This document shows positions 17,529-26,405 of a stretch of DNA of 64,000 nt, in pieces (position 1 is the stretch's first letter; every line of letters starts with the position of its first letter). The DNA is from Pseudomonadota bacterium (GTDB lineage Bacteria > Bdellovibrionota_G > JALEGL01 > DATDPG01), in contig JAZDDX010000020.1 of NCBI GenBank assembly GCA_043809315.1, positions 64,001-128,000 on the forward strand, read 5' to 3'. Under the pieces are notes generated by a model that was not told where the DNA came from, ran no database searches, and saw only the letters and a program-made list of their open reading frames with translations. Position numbers and translations under genes: made by a program.

Positions 17529-18752
17529 ATGGCCTCACAGAACAAGATCACCCCGGAGTTCATCCGCCGGATCCCAAAGACCGACCTTCACCTCCACCTC
17601 GACGGCTCTCTTCGTCTGGGAACCCTGATCGACCTCGCGAAGAAGGAGAAGCTGGAGCTCCCCTCGTACGAGGAACAGGGGCTCCGGGATCTGGTCTTCA
17701 AGCCGCGATACGCGAGCCTCGCGGAGTACCTGCGGGGGTTCAAGTACACCTGCGCCGTCCTTCGGGAGGCGGAGAACATCGAACGGGTGAGCTACGAGCT
17801 GGCGGAGGACAACATTGCCGAGGGGGTCCGGTACATCGAGATCCGTCTGGCACCGCAGCTCCTGATGCACGAGAATCTGACGGCGGAGGACGTGGTTCGC
17901 GCCGTTTCCGACGGGGCCCGGCGCGCAAGGAACCGCCATAACGAGACCGACGTGGTCAAGAAGGGGAAAGACCTCCCGTTCGATTTCGGCGTGATCGTCT
18001 GCGGGATGCGGGCTTTCAATTCGAAGATGGGGAGCTACTATAAGAATCTGCTGAGCGTCGCCTCCCGAGCTCCGAAGAAGGAGGTCTTCTCCATCGCATC
18101 GCTCGAGATGGCGCGCGAAGCAGTCGCGCTGCGCGACGAACAGGGGTTACCGGTCGTCGGGTTCGACCTGGCCGGCGAGGAGGCCGGGTATCCGTCAGCC
18201 TACCACGTTCAGGCGTATGAGTATGCGCACAAGAACTTTCTCAAAAAGACCGTGCACGCCGGGGAGGCATACGGCCCGGAGTCGATCTTCCAGGCGATCA
18301 CGGAGTGCCACGCGAACCGGATCGGGCACGGGACGTTCCTCTTCGCGAAGGAGATGATCCAGGACGCCTCGATCGAGGACAAGGCCGGGTACATCAACGA
18401 TCTCGCGGAGTACATCGCCAGCCGCCGAATCAACATGGAGGTCTGCATCACGAGCAATCTGCAGACCTGCCCGCAGATCACGAAACCGGAGGACCATCCT
18501 CTTTCGCAGATGTTGAAGCATTACCTGTCGATCTCGATCTGCACCGACAACCGACTGCATTCGAACACGACGGTCTGCAAGGAGCTGGAACAGGTGGCGA
18601 AACATTTCCCGATCACGCACGAGCAGTTCCGCAGCGTCGTCATCGCCGGGTTCAAGGGGAGTTTCTACGGCGGGAGCTACACCGAGAAGCGCGCGTACGT
18701 CCGCCAGGCGATTGATCTCTACGACGCCGTCGCGGCGGAGATGTTGAAGTAG
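17529..18752 (+). CDS. Adenosine deaminase family protein (long form)
   Basis: Motifs PKTDLHLHLDGS, GFDLAGEE, TVHAGE, RIGHG, CITSN, CTDNR. Confidence 0.9.
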   Translation: MASQNKITPEFIRRIPKTDLHLHLDGSLRLGTLIDLAKKEKLELPSYEEQGLRDLVFKPRYASLAEYLRGFKYTCAVLREAENIERVSYELAEDNIAEGVRYIEIRLAPQLLMHENLTAEDVVRAVSDGARRARNRHNETDVVKKGKDLPFDFGVIVCGMRAFNSKMGSYYKNLLSVASRAPKKEVFSIASLEMAREAVALRDEQGLPVVGFDLAGEEAGYPSAYHVQAYEYAHKNFLKKTVHAGEAYGPESIFQAITECHANRIGHGTFLFAKEMIQDASIEDKAGYINDLAEYIASRRINMEVCITSNLQTCPQITKPEDHPLSQMLKHYLSISICTDNRLHSNTTVCKELEQVAKHFPITHEQFRSVVIAGFKGSFYGGSYTEKRAYVRQAIDLYDAVAAEMLK

Positions 18753-18760
18753 GGACCGAC

Positions 18761-19573
18761 ATGCAACCCTCCATCCTCGGCCTCGGCACCTGGGGAATGG
18801 AGTGGGACGACCGCGCCGAGGTGACACGCGCGATTCACAAGGCGATCGACCTCGGGATGACCCACATCGACACCGCCGAAATGTACGGATCGGGGAAGGT
18901 CGAAGAGATTCTCGGGACAGTGCTCGAAGGAAAAAGGGATCAGGTCTTTCTTGTCTCAAAGGTCCTGCCGTCCAACGCGACGTACGACGGAACGATCCGA
19001 GCGTGCGAACGTTCGCTTCGCCGTCTCAAGACCGATCATCTCGATTGCTATCTACTTCACTATCTGGGGGACCATCCGCTCGAAGAGACGATCCGGGCGT
19101 TCGAGACCCTCCAACAGACCGGGAAGATCCAATCGTACGGCGTCAGCAACTTCAATTTGGACCAAGTTCGGAACGCAACGCGAATCTCAAACAACAAGAT
19201 CGCCTGCAATCAGGTTCTCTATCACTTGGAGGAGCGCGGGATCGAACACTACGTCATCCCCGGCTGCCGCGAGCTCGGGATCTCTGTCGTCGCCTACTCC
19301 CCTCTCGCGCAAGGGAAGTTCCCGCCGAAAGATCCCATGAAAAGCGCGGTGCTGACGGAGATTGCGCGTGCCCACAACGTGACGCCAGCTCAAGTAGCAC
19401 TCGCTTTCGTGATCCGAGATCCGAACCTTTTGGCGATCCCGAAGAGCGGGAGTGTCCGGCACGTCGTCGAGAACGCCGGGGTGACCTCCGTACACCTCAC
19501 GGAAGACGAGATCGCCAAGCTGGATCTGGCTTTTCCGAAGGGACCAGTGCGAAACGATGTGCCGATGCTTTAG
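18761..19573 (+). CDS. Aldo/keto reductase (YeaE-like)
   Basis: Motifs GLGTW, IDTAEMYG, LVSKV, GVSNF, AYSPL, AIPKS. Confidence 0.93.
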   Translation: MQPSILGLGTWGMEWDDRAEVTRAIHKAIDLGMTHIDTAEMYGSGKVEEILGTVLEGKRDQVFLVSKVLPSNATYDGTIRACERSLRRLKTDHLDCYLLHYLGDHPLEETIRAFETLQQTGKIQSYGVSNFNLDQVRNATRISNNKIACNQVLYHLEERGIEHYVIPGCRELGISVVAYSPLAQGKFPPKDPMKSAVLTEIARAHNVTPAQVALAFVIRDPNLLAIPKSGSVRHVVENAGVTSVHLTEDEIAKLDLAFPKGPVRNDVPML

Positions 19574-19574
19574 G

Positions 19575-20039
19575 CTAGGCGGCATTTCGGAATCGGATTT
19601 CGAGCGGCAAACCCAATACGCCGGCGATCTTATACAGTTGCTCGAGGTTCTTGTTCAGGATTGCTGGACTCAAAAGGCGGTGGACTTGATTGCTGGAGGT
19701 ACCCAACCTCTCCGCGAGATATCGCTTCGAAATGTTCCGCTTTTTCAGCGTTCCCTTGATTGTCGCCGTCAGCACTTCGATATGGGTCTGAAGGAGAAAC
19801 TCAGGATCTTTGGCAAGAGCTAATGGCTGGTCGAACGGCATGAAATCGGTCCGCCCATCCGAGAATTCAAACCCGATAGACCTCCCCCGCGTCTCATGAT
19901 CGATCCATGCCTTCCGGATCCTCCCCTTGATCCCCACCTGTCCAAAATGAAACGTGATTTTCTTCTTCGAGCCATAGACGACCGAGATCTGCTTCTTTCG
20001 GTTGTTGACCGACACGGATTTTAGTTTGTCTTGTCTCAT
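19575..20039 (-). CDS. Putative antitoxin with C-terminal HTH
   Basis: ATGA coupling to a small HxxxHxH gene; HTH-like SKRYLAERLGTSSNQVHRLL; lower GC. Confidence 0.65.
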   Translation of the reverse strand: MRQDKLKSVSVNNRKKQISVVYGSKKKITFHFGQVGIKGRIRKAWIDHETRGRSIGFEFSDGRTDFMPFDQPLALAKDPEFLLQTHIEVLTATIKGTLKKRNISKRYLAERLGTSSNQVHRLLSPAILNKNLEQLYKIAGVLGLPLEIRFRNAA

Positions 20040-20230
20040 AATTCTCCTTGTCGAATCAGATCAGCAAAGATCCTCCTCAGCTTCTTATTCAGCCGCCCCT
20101 TGAGCACGAGGAGTTGCGGCACCTGCACCTTCGCCACCTCTTTTCCATCTTTGTACACGTGGGCATGTTTTGGCATGTGATCTCCCATCCACCATTCGAT
20201 CAGATACCCCGCACGTTGGATCCGTCCCAT
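20036..20230 (-). CDS. DUF4160-like small protein (putative toxin)
   Basis: 64 aa with DHMPKHAHVY motif typical of DUF4160-like proteins. Confidence 0.7.
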   Translation of the reverse strand: MGRIQRAGYLIEWWMGDHMPKHAHVYKDGKEVAKVQVPQLLVLKGRLNKKLRRIFADLIRQGEL

Positions 20231-20239
20231 TCCAGCATC

Positions 20240-20274
20240 TACTAAAGTATACTATATTTAGTAAATGTTATGAA
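20240..20274 (-). promoter_or_regulatory. Sigma70 promoter overlapped by an inverted-repeat operator
   Basis: Minus strand TTCATA-17-TATACT. Inverted repeat TACTAAA-N10-TTTAGTA at 20240-20263. Confidence 0.6.
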
Positions 20275-20403
20275 GCGCCGGCAGGCCGGGCTCCCCTGCC
20301 TCGGATGGCAAGAGTCATGCCCGAAGTTAACTGGATGAAAGAACTGAGAATCGATGGATCGGGAAAACGGCGGGAGACCGGAAATCGGACGGTCGCAGCG
20401 CTA

Positions 20404-21192
20404 TTATCGAAGCGCCTGGTCGAGCAGTTCCTTGAGCTTTTCCTTCGTCAACGCTCCGCCCTTGCAGTAGGAGATCGGTCGGTCTTTCTTCACGATGCAC
20501 GTCGCAGGAACCCTGTGGATCGTGTAATCCATCGCCACGTCATTGTTCGAGTCGAACAGAACCGGCCACTTCATGCCGTACCTCTTCGCAAACGAGGCCG
20601 TCTTTGCGGCACTTTCCTCCAACGTCGTGCTGATCGATACGAACTCGACCCCTTTTTCTTTGTACTCTGAGCGAACTTCCACGAGATCCGGTGTTTCCTT
20701 CTGACAGGGCTTACACCAGGTGTTGAAGATGTTCACCAGGACGACCTTGTTGTCTTTGAGGAGATCCATCAGACGGACCATCTTCTTGTCGGACACGTCC
20801 TGAATCTTGAAATCAGGTGCGTACTGGGTGCAGTGCGTTTCTTCCTCCGTAAGCGTCTGCTCTTCAGAGTCTCCCCATGAAACGGTCCAGAGATCCTCTT
20901 GTCCCTGCAACGTGTAGTTGGAGTTCGGATAGGAAAGGGGGATCTGCTTGATCTCCGGCTTCCGCCAAATTTCAACGTAATCATCATAAGAGTACGTGGT
21001 TGATCGGACCTTCTTCTTCCCCGGAATCGCCTCCTCCACAATCAGCTCGCGGTAATCCGCCTTGTCCAAGCCCTTGAAGACCGAGACTTGAAGCGTCCGC
21101 TTCTCCAGCTTCGGGGCACAGGAAAGAAGAAGCTCCTTCGCGGAGGCGCTGGAGACGAAAAGAAGGGCGGCAATGGCGGCCAGGGGTTTCAA
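20404..21192 (-). CDS. Secreted protein with C-terminal TlpA-like thioredoxin domain
   Basis: Signal peptide (TTG start); NIFNTWCKPCQKETP and VPAT; the N-terminal domain was not recognised. Confidence 0.85.
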   Translation of the reverse strand: MKPLAAIAALLFVSSASAKELLLSCAPKLEKRTLQVSVFKGLDKADYRELIVEEAIPGKKKVRSTTYSYDDYVEIWRKPEIKQIPLSYPNSNYTLQGQEDLWTVSWGDSEEQTLTEEETHCTQYAPDFKIQDVSDKKMVRLMDLLKDNKVVLVNIFNTWCKPCQKETPDLVEVRSEYKEKGVEFVSISTTLEESAAKTASFAKRYGMKWPVLFDSNNDVAMDYTIHRVPATCIVKKDRPISYCKGGALTKEKLKELLDQALR

Positions 21193-21200
21193 CGCAGCGC

Positions 21201-21229
21201 ATTATATTGAATCCTACACCCCTGCGCAA
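21201..21229 (-). promoter_or_regulatory. Sigma70 promoter
   Basis: Minus strand TTGCGC-17-TATAAT, 8 nt before the TTG start. Confidence 0.65.
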
Positions 21230-21236
21230 GGGGGGG

Positions 21237-22262
21237 TCAGACGTGCAGCTCGACGACGTCCTTGTCGACCAACCGGTGCTCCGGCCCGACCGGCTGCCCG
21301 TCGAACCGCCCACTCCCCCAAAGCTTCGCGAACTTGAGCATCGAGGCGATCTCTTTGTGAACCAGGACCGCCAGGTCGTGGACTGTTCCTCCGTGGCGGA
21401 GGGTGTACGGCTTCGTCAGCTCCGGCGGCTTCCCCGGCGGCTTCGTGTAGGCCCGAATCAGTCCTAGCTTCTTGAACAGAAACGGCCCCAACTCGGATAA
21501 CCCCTCCCTCGTCTCCGCCGAAACCGTAAACGCCGGGAACTTCACCCCGACCAGCTCTTCTAAGACCTTTACCTCCTCCGGATCGGGGTCGAGATCCCGC
21601 TTGTTCGCGACGAGGATCGTCGGAAGATGGAGACGGAACGGATCGGGGGTCTCGTCACGACCCACCGGAACCGCACTCTCCGGATCGAGAGGCCACCGCT
21701 CCGTCAGCGTCACCTTCTTCTCGTGCAGGCGCGAAAGAATCGCCGGCAGATCGTCTGTCGCCGCCGGATCGGTGACATCGACGACCAACATCGCCGCATC
21801 GGCCGTCTGGAGAGCGTTCGCGTACCACCCCTCCATGAACTCCTTCGATATCGGTGGAAGATCGATCAGCTGGAGGTGAACATCCTCGTATTTGAGCATC
21901 CCGGGGAACGGGGTCTTCGTCGTGAACGGGTACGGACCGACCTCGGCATGTGCGCCGGTCAAGCGGTTCAAGAGCAACGACTTCCCGGCGTTCGGAGGAC
22001 CGATCAAAACGATCTGCGCCGCCCCCTCGGAGCGGACCGCCTGGATTACGCCGCCGCCCCCCCCTTTTTTTTCCCGGATCGCGGTCTCTTCCGTTAGATC
22101 CTTGATCCGGGTCTTGATGTCCGCCTGAAGATGATCCGTCCCTTTGTGCTTCGGAACCGTCCGGAGCATCTCCCGCAACCACTTGAGCTTCTCATGCGGA
22201 TCGCGCGCCTTCTTGTATTCCGCTTCCGACCGCTTGTACTCGGGTGTCGTGTTCGTCGGCAT
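21237..22262 (-). CDS. DRG-like OBG-family GTPase with TGS domain
   Basis: PKHKGTDHL N-terminal motif, GPPNAGKS, YPFTT, DLPP, ANKRD, C-terminal TGS ending HRLVDKDVVELH. Confidence 0.9.
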   Translation of the reverse strand: MPTNTTPEYKRSEAEYKKARDPHEKLKWLREMLRTVPKHKGTDHLQADIKTRIKDLTEETAIREKKGGGGGVIQAVRSEGAAQIVLIGPPNAGKSLLLNRLTGAHAEVGPYPFTTKTPFPGMLKYEDVHLQLIDLPPISKEFMEGWYANALQTADAAMLVVDVTDPAATDDLPAILSRLHEKKVTLTERWPLDPESAVPVGRDETPDPFRLHLPTILVANKRDLDPDPEEVKVLEELVGVKFPAFTVSAETREGLSELGPFLFKKLGLIRAYTKPPGKPPELTKPYTLRHGGTVHDLAVLVHKEIASMLKFAKLWGSGRFDGQPVGPEHRLVDKDVVELHV

Positions 22263-22264
22263 CG

Positions 22265-22879
22265 TTACTCCGCGGCAAGCCGCGCCATCTCCGCCGGGGT
22301 GTTGGCATTCCAAAGGATCCGCGGGTCGTCGACTGGAACCCGGACCCTCTGGTCCTCCTGCAGCCTTCGGATCTGTTCGTCGAGCCTCGCTTCGGACGAC
22401 CCGAACGGCACTTGAGCGAGTTGTTTTAGGAACGTCGCGGCGAGCAAGACCGGATGTCCCCCCTTCTTCTTGAAAACGGGGACACACGACTGGACCCGAA
22501 TTGAAAATGCACCCGTAAGAGCCTTGCACACCTCCGCACTCGGAACCGGAACATCGATCGGAAGGAGAAACGCGGCCGGTTCGGTCAGAATCCGTCCGGC
22601 ACTTACGATCGACGAGAAGGGGCCGTGTTCGGGGGCATCGTTGATGACAAACGTATGGGGAGAGTCTTGCCGGAGCCACGGGAGCGCTTCGAAATACCGG
22701 TCTGCATCGTACCCGAGGACAACGATCACTCGACTTCCGCTGATCTTCGAGAACAGCGCCAGCTGCCGTTCGATCCAGTACTCCCCGTCGGTCCGGACCA
22801 ATCCTTTCGGGACCCCCATCCGTCCCGATTTTCCGCCGCACAGAACGATCAGCGGGAATCTTCCGACGTCACCCGCCAT
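22265..22879 (-). CDS. MocA/YgfJ-like molybdenum cofactor nucleotidyltransferase
   Basis: Motifs LCGGKSGRMGVPKGL, GPFSS, PIDVP, GGHPVL, NANTP. Confidence 0.82.
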   Translation of the reverse strand: MAGDVGRFPLIVLCGGKSGRMGVPKGLVRTDGEYWIERQLALFSKISGSRVIVVLGYDADRYFEALPWLRQDSPHTFVINDAPEHGPFSSIVSAGRILTEPAAFLLPIDVPVPSAEVCKALTGAFSIRVQSCVPVFKKKGGHPVLLAATFLKQLAQVPFGSSEARLDEQIRRLQEDQRVRVPVDDPRILWNANTPAEMARLAAE

Positions 22880-23294
22880 TCAACCACTCGCTGGTACCGT
22901 CCCGATACGTCTGTTTCTTCCAGATCGGCGTCCGGCGCTTCAGCTCCCCGACGATATATTCACAGGCACGAAATGCTTCCGATCGATGCTCGGCGGAGAC
23001 CGCAACGACGACCGAAACCTCCCCCGGCTCCAAAACTCCGGCCCGGTGGAGGATCGAGCAAGCCGCAACACCGAACTTCTTCTCCGCCTCGTTCCCGATC
23101 TCACCGAAGACCTTTTCCGCCATCGGGACGTACGCCTCGTACTCGAGACGAACCACATCCCGATCCCGGTCACGACCTCGAACGGTCCCGACAAAGACGA
23201 CCTGGCCGCCGTTGACACCGGAAGGTGGGAACAAAGAGGGGTCGATCGGCTTCCGGGTGATTTCGAAGCGGGAGCTCACAATCTCAACCTCCAC
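22869..23294 (-). CDS. moaE: Molybdopterin synthase catalytic subunit
   Basis: Motifs FVGTVR, LEYEAY, HRAG, HRSEAF, PIWKK. Confidence 0.95.
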   Translation of the reverse strand: MEVEIVSSRFEITRKPIDPSLFPPSGVNGGQVVFVGTVRGRDRDRDVVRLEYEAYVPMAEKVFGEIGNEAEKKFGVAACSILHRAGVLEPGEVSVVVAVSAEHRSEAFRACEYIVGELKRRTPIWKKQTYRDGTSEWLNGG

Positions 23295-23508
23295 TCATCG
23301 GGGGGAGAAAGGCGACCTCGTCCCCCTCTTGAAGCTTCCGATCGCCGGTCACAACCGTTCGATTGACGGCAACGGCAACCCCCTTTCCAAGGTTCGGGAG
23401 TCGTTTCAGGAGGTCGGCCGTCGACGCCCCTTCGTTCAAATCGAGCGCTTCTTTCTCCTTGCCTAGAAGCTCTCTATGTCCTGCAAAATAAAATACTTGA
23501 ATCTTCAT
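23284..23508 (-). CDS. moaD: Molybdopterin synthase sulfur carrier
   Basis: 74 aa ending GDEVAFLPPMSGG. Confidence 0.95.
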   Translation of the reverse strand: MKIQVFYFAGHRELLGKEKEALDLNEGASTADLLKRLPNLGKGVAVAVNRTVVTGDRKLQEGDEVAFLPPMSGG

Positions 23509-23515
23509 ATCTAAT

Positions 23516-24748
23516 CTAATTCTTCACTACTGAAGTTCGTATACCCGGACATCTTCCCCCTTCGCGAATCGGTTGATCCCCTTCCGGAATGAAGATTAAA
23601 ACCTCGGCCTCTTTGAGCGAGCTCAAAAGGTGTGAATCCTGATGAGTCAGGGGCACGGCACCCCACCGCTCCCCCTCGCGAACGAGCTTCCCTTTCAACC
23701 ACTGGGCCCTGGAATCGCTCCGGGGTGTCTCGCTCAGCAGGGGAACCGTCCGGCATCGAAGATCGACGTCTGTCGCCCCCATGAGGGTCAGAATCGCAGG
23801 ACGGGCATACATGTAGAAACAGGTGAAAACGGCGAACGGGTTCCCCGGAAGGGCCAAGATCAGCCGTTTCCCCTGGAAGCCGGCATAAATCGGTTTTCCC
23901 GGCTTCTGAGCTACGCGCCAGAACAGCTCCTCCACGCCGAGACGCGCGAGTGCCTCCCTCGTCACGTCGTGCTCTCCGACCGAGACCCCTCCGGTCACGA
24001 GAAGGAGATCGGACTCTTCCAAGGCCTGCCCGATTTTCTCGATCGTCTCGTCGAGATCATCGCCGACCCGTTCGAGGCGTTGGACCGGGCATCCGATCTC
24101 CCGGAGCGCCTGTCCGAGGATTACCGAGTTCGATTCGAACGTCTTCCCCTCTCGGAGATCTTTTGGATCCATCACCAACTCGCGGCCCGTCACGATGACC
24201 GAGACTTTCGGAAGCTTTGCTACCTGAACCTTCCGGATCCCTATCGAAGCGAGGATCCCGGCCAAACCGACCGTGACGCGTGCCCCGATCGAAGCGACGA
24301 TCTCCCCTTCGCGAACGTCCCCGCCCCTCGGCCGAATGAATCGGCCGGTCGCAACCGGATCGGAAAGCTCGATCCAGCCCGTCCCCTCCCGAACCACCTC
24401 CTTGGGAACGACGGCGTCCGCTCCTTTCGGGATCGGGGCGCCGGTCATGATCTGGATGGAGGTCCGGGGAGAGCTGAGCGTCAGCGACAAATCTCCGGCC
24501 TGCGTCGTCCCCGCTAGGTCGAGTCGGACCGGATTCGCCTTCGAAGCGGTCGTCGTCTCGGAGGCGCGGACGGCGAACCCATCCATCGCCGAGTTATCAA
24601 AGTGAGGAACGTCGATCGGCGCTCGGACACTCTCCGCGACGATCCTCCCACCTGCCTCCGAGAGAGAGACGGTCTCCGAAGGCCAGGCGTTCGACCAGGA
24701 TCGTACTCGGGTCAGGAGCCGCTCGCGGGCCTCGCCGACCGTGATCAT
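23516..24748 (-). CDS. moeA: Molybdopterin molybdenumtransferase
   Basis: Motifs FDNSAMDGFA, IMTGAPIPKGADAVV, TGGVSVG, QKPGKP, LPGNP. The last residues may be frameshifted. Confidence 0.93.
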   Translation of the reverse strand: MITVGEARERLLTRVRSWSNAWPSETVSLSEAGGRIVAESVRAPIDVPHFDNSAMDGFAVRASETTTASKANPVRLDLAGTTQAGDLSLTLSSPRTSIQIMTGAPIPKGADAVVPKEVVREGTGWIELSDPVATGRFIRPRGGDVREGEIVASIGARVTVGLAGILASIGIRKVQVAKLPKVSVIVTGRELVMDPKDLREGKTFESNSVILGQALREIGCPVQRLERVGDDLDETIEKIGQALEESDLLLVTGGVSVGEHDVTREALARLGVEELFWRVAQKPGKPIYAGFQGKRLILALPGNPFAVFTCFYMYARPAILTLMGATDVDLRCRTVPLLSETPRSDSRAQWLKGKLVREGERWGAVPLTHQDSHLLSSLKEAEVLIFIPEGDQPIREGGRCPGIRTSVVKN

Positions 24749-25497
24749 CCGAGGGTCCAGAAAAGCCTCCCGGCCACAAAAAGGATCAGGCACGCGGTCG
24801 TACGCTGGATCGCAACCAAGGGGAGTCGTCCGACGCTCAGGCGGCTTCCGATCTGGCCTCCCAGGAAAACCGCTGCTGCCAGCGGAACGATCGTTGCCAG
24901 ATCGTACGCGTACGCCGATTTCTGAAACTGCCCCGCTAGGCCGGAAAGTGAGTTGACCAGGATAAAGAAACTGGAAGCTGCGGCGATCTGCCGGGCGTTC
25001 CCCCAACGGAGAAAATAGAGGAGCGGCGCAAGAAAGATCCCGCCGCCGATCCCGACCACCCCTCCCAAGAATCCCAGGATCGCGCCGGCCACCAATCCGA
25101 TGGGGACTTCCCGAACAAAGCGCTTGGAGATTCTCTCTTCCATGCCTCGACCGGAGAAGAAGAGAGCCAGGCCGGCAACAGCCAGGGAAAATGCCGCCAG
25201 GATTAGGAACGTCTCTTTCGCGATCGGATACCGCCCGCCGAAATAGGCGGCCGGAACCGATCCGACGACGAACGGCAAAACGCGCCGGAACGGGAGCCAT
25301 CCCCCTTTTACGTAATGAATAACCCCACCCGAAACGACGACAAGGTTACAAAGAAGCGCGATCTTCGGAGCGACCGTGTGCGGAAGACTGAACAACAGAA
25401 GGAGAGCCACATACGTCGAACCGCCGCCGAAACCGGCTGCCGAGTAGACCAGAGCAGTGAGAAAAAAAAGAGGGACCAAGGCGAGAACCGCCGTCAC
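24745..25497 (-). CDS. TSUP (TauE/SafE) family membrane transporter
   Basis: Duplicated motif AAGFGGGS / VVGIGGGIFLAP; about 8 TM. Confidence 0.88.
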   Translation of the reverse strand: MTAVLALVPLFFLTALVYSAAGFGGGSTYVALLLLFSLPHTVAPKIALLCNLVVVSGGVIHYVKGGWLPFRRVLPFVVGSVPAAYFGGRYPIAKETFLILAAFSLAVAGLALFFSGRGMEERISKRFVREVPIGLVAGAILGFLGGVVGIGGGIFLAPLLYFLRWGNARQIAAASSFFILVNSLSGLAGQFQKSAYAYDLATIVPLAAAVFLGGQIGSRLSVGRLPLVAIQRTTACLILFVAGRLFWTLG

Positions 25498-26405
25498 GAC
25501 CCGTGCCCCCCGCCTTCGAGCACGTGGTAGACGTGAAAGAGGACCGGGAAGATCGCGTCGATCGACTCCTCGGCCGCCGTTGCCGACCCGGGGAGGTTCA
25601 CCAAGACCGTAGCCCCTCGGACGCCGGCCGTCCCGCGGGAGAGAACCGCCCTTGGGTTCCTCCTCCGCCCGTGGCTTCGCATCGCTTCAGACAGACCGGG
25701 GATCTTCCGTTCGATCACTTCTTCCGTCGCCTCGACGGTCACATCCCGCGGTCCGAGCCCGGTCCCGCCGGTCGTCACGATCAGGGAGACCCCCTCTTCG
25801 CAGAACTGGAGAAGTTTCCTTTTGATCACTTCCTGATCATCCGGAACGATGGCCCGCTCCACGTTCCGGATCCCGAGCCCCTTGAGCCTCTCGACAATCC
25901 GAACTCCCGACTCGTCCTTCCGTTTTCCTTCGAATACCCCGTCCGACGTCACGACGACGGCGGCGCGAAAACCGTTCGGAACCTTCTCGATGAAATCGGA
26001 TTTTCCGCCTTTCTTCGAGGAAACCTCGATCCCGCCGATCTCCATCTTCGGATCGATCCCTTTGAGCATGTCGAAGATGGTGAGAAGCGCAACGGCGACG
26101 GCGGTGAGCGCCTCCATCTCGACCCCCGTCTTCCAGACCGCCTTCACGGTCGATTCCACCCGGATTCCCCCCTCCTCGAGCTTGAACCCGATCGAGATCC
26201 CGTCGAGGGGGATCGGATGACAGTACGGGAGGATCTCCCAGGTCTTCTTTGCCGCAAGGATCCCGGCCGTCCGCGCAGCCTCCAGAACATCCCCTTTCGG
26301 AACCTTCTTCTCTTTCACCATCCCCAGCACGTCCGGCGACACCGTGATCCGGCCGGAAGCGGTCGCAGTACGAAGTGTGTCGATCTTGGAATCGGTAAAG
26401 ATCAT
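25494..26405 (-). CDS. moaC: Bifunctional MoaC-MoaB/MogA fusion
   Basis: MoaC motifs PKGDVL, PYCHPI, TGVEMEAL, DMLK; C-terminal motifs TTGGTGLGPRDVT, NLPGS. Confidence 0.93.
   Translation of the reverse strand: MIFTDSKIDTLRTATASGRITVSPDVLGMVKEKKVPKGDVLEAARTAGILAAKKTWEILPYCHPIPLDGISIGFKLEEGGIRVESTVKAVWKTGVEMEALTAVAVALLTIFDMLKGIDPKMEIGGIEVSSKKGGKSDFIEKVPNGFRAAVVVTSDGVFEGKRKDESGVRIVERLKGLGIRNVERAIVPDDQEVIKRKLLQFCEEGVSLIVTTGGTGLGPRDVTVEATEEVIERKIPGLSEAMRSHGRRRNPRAVLSRGTAGVRGATVLVNLPGSATAAEESIDAIFPVLFHVYHVLEGGGHGS

Noticed and set aside
20306-20320. Sigma54-like TGGCAAGAGTCATGC
   Set aside because: Weaker consensus and no credible plus-strand gene downstream.
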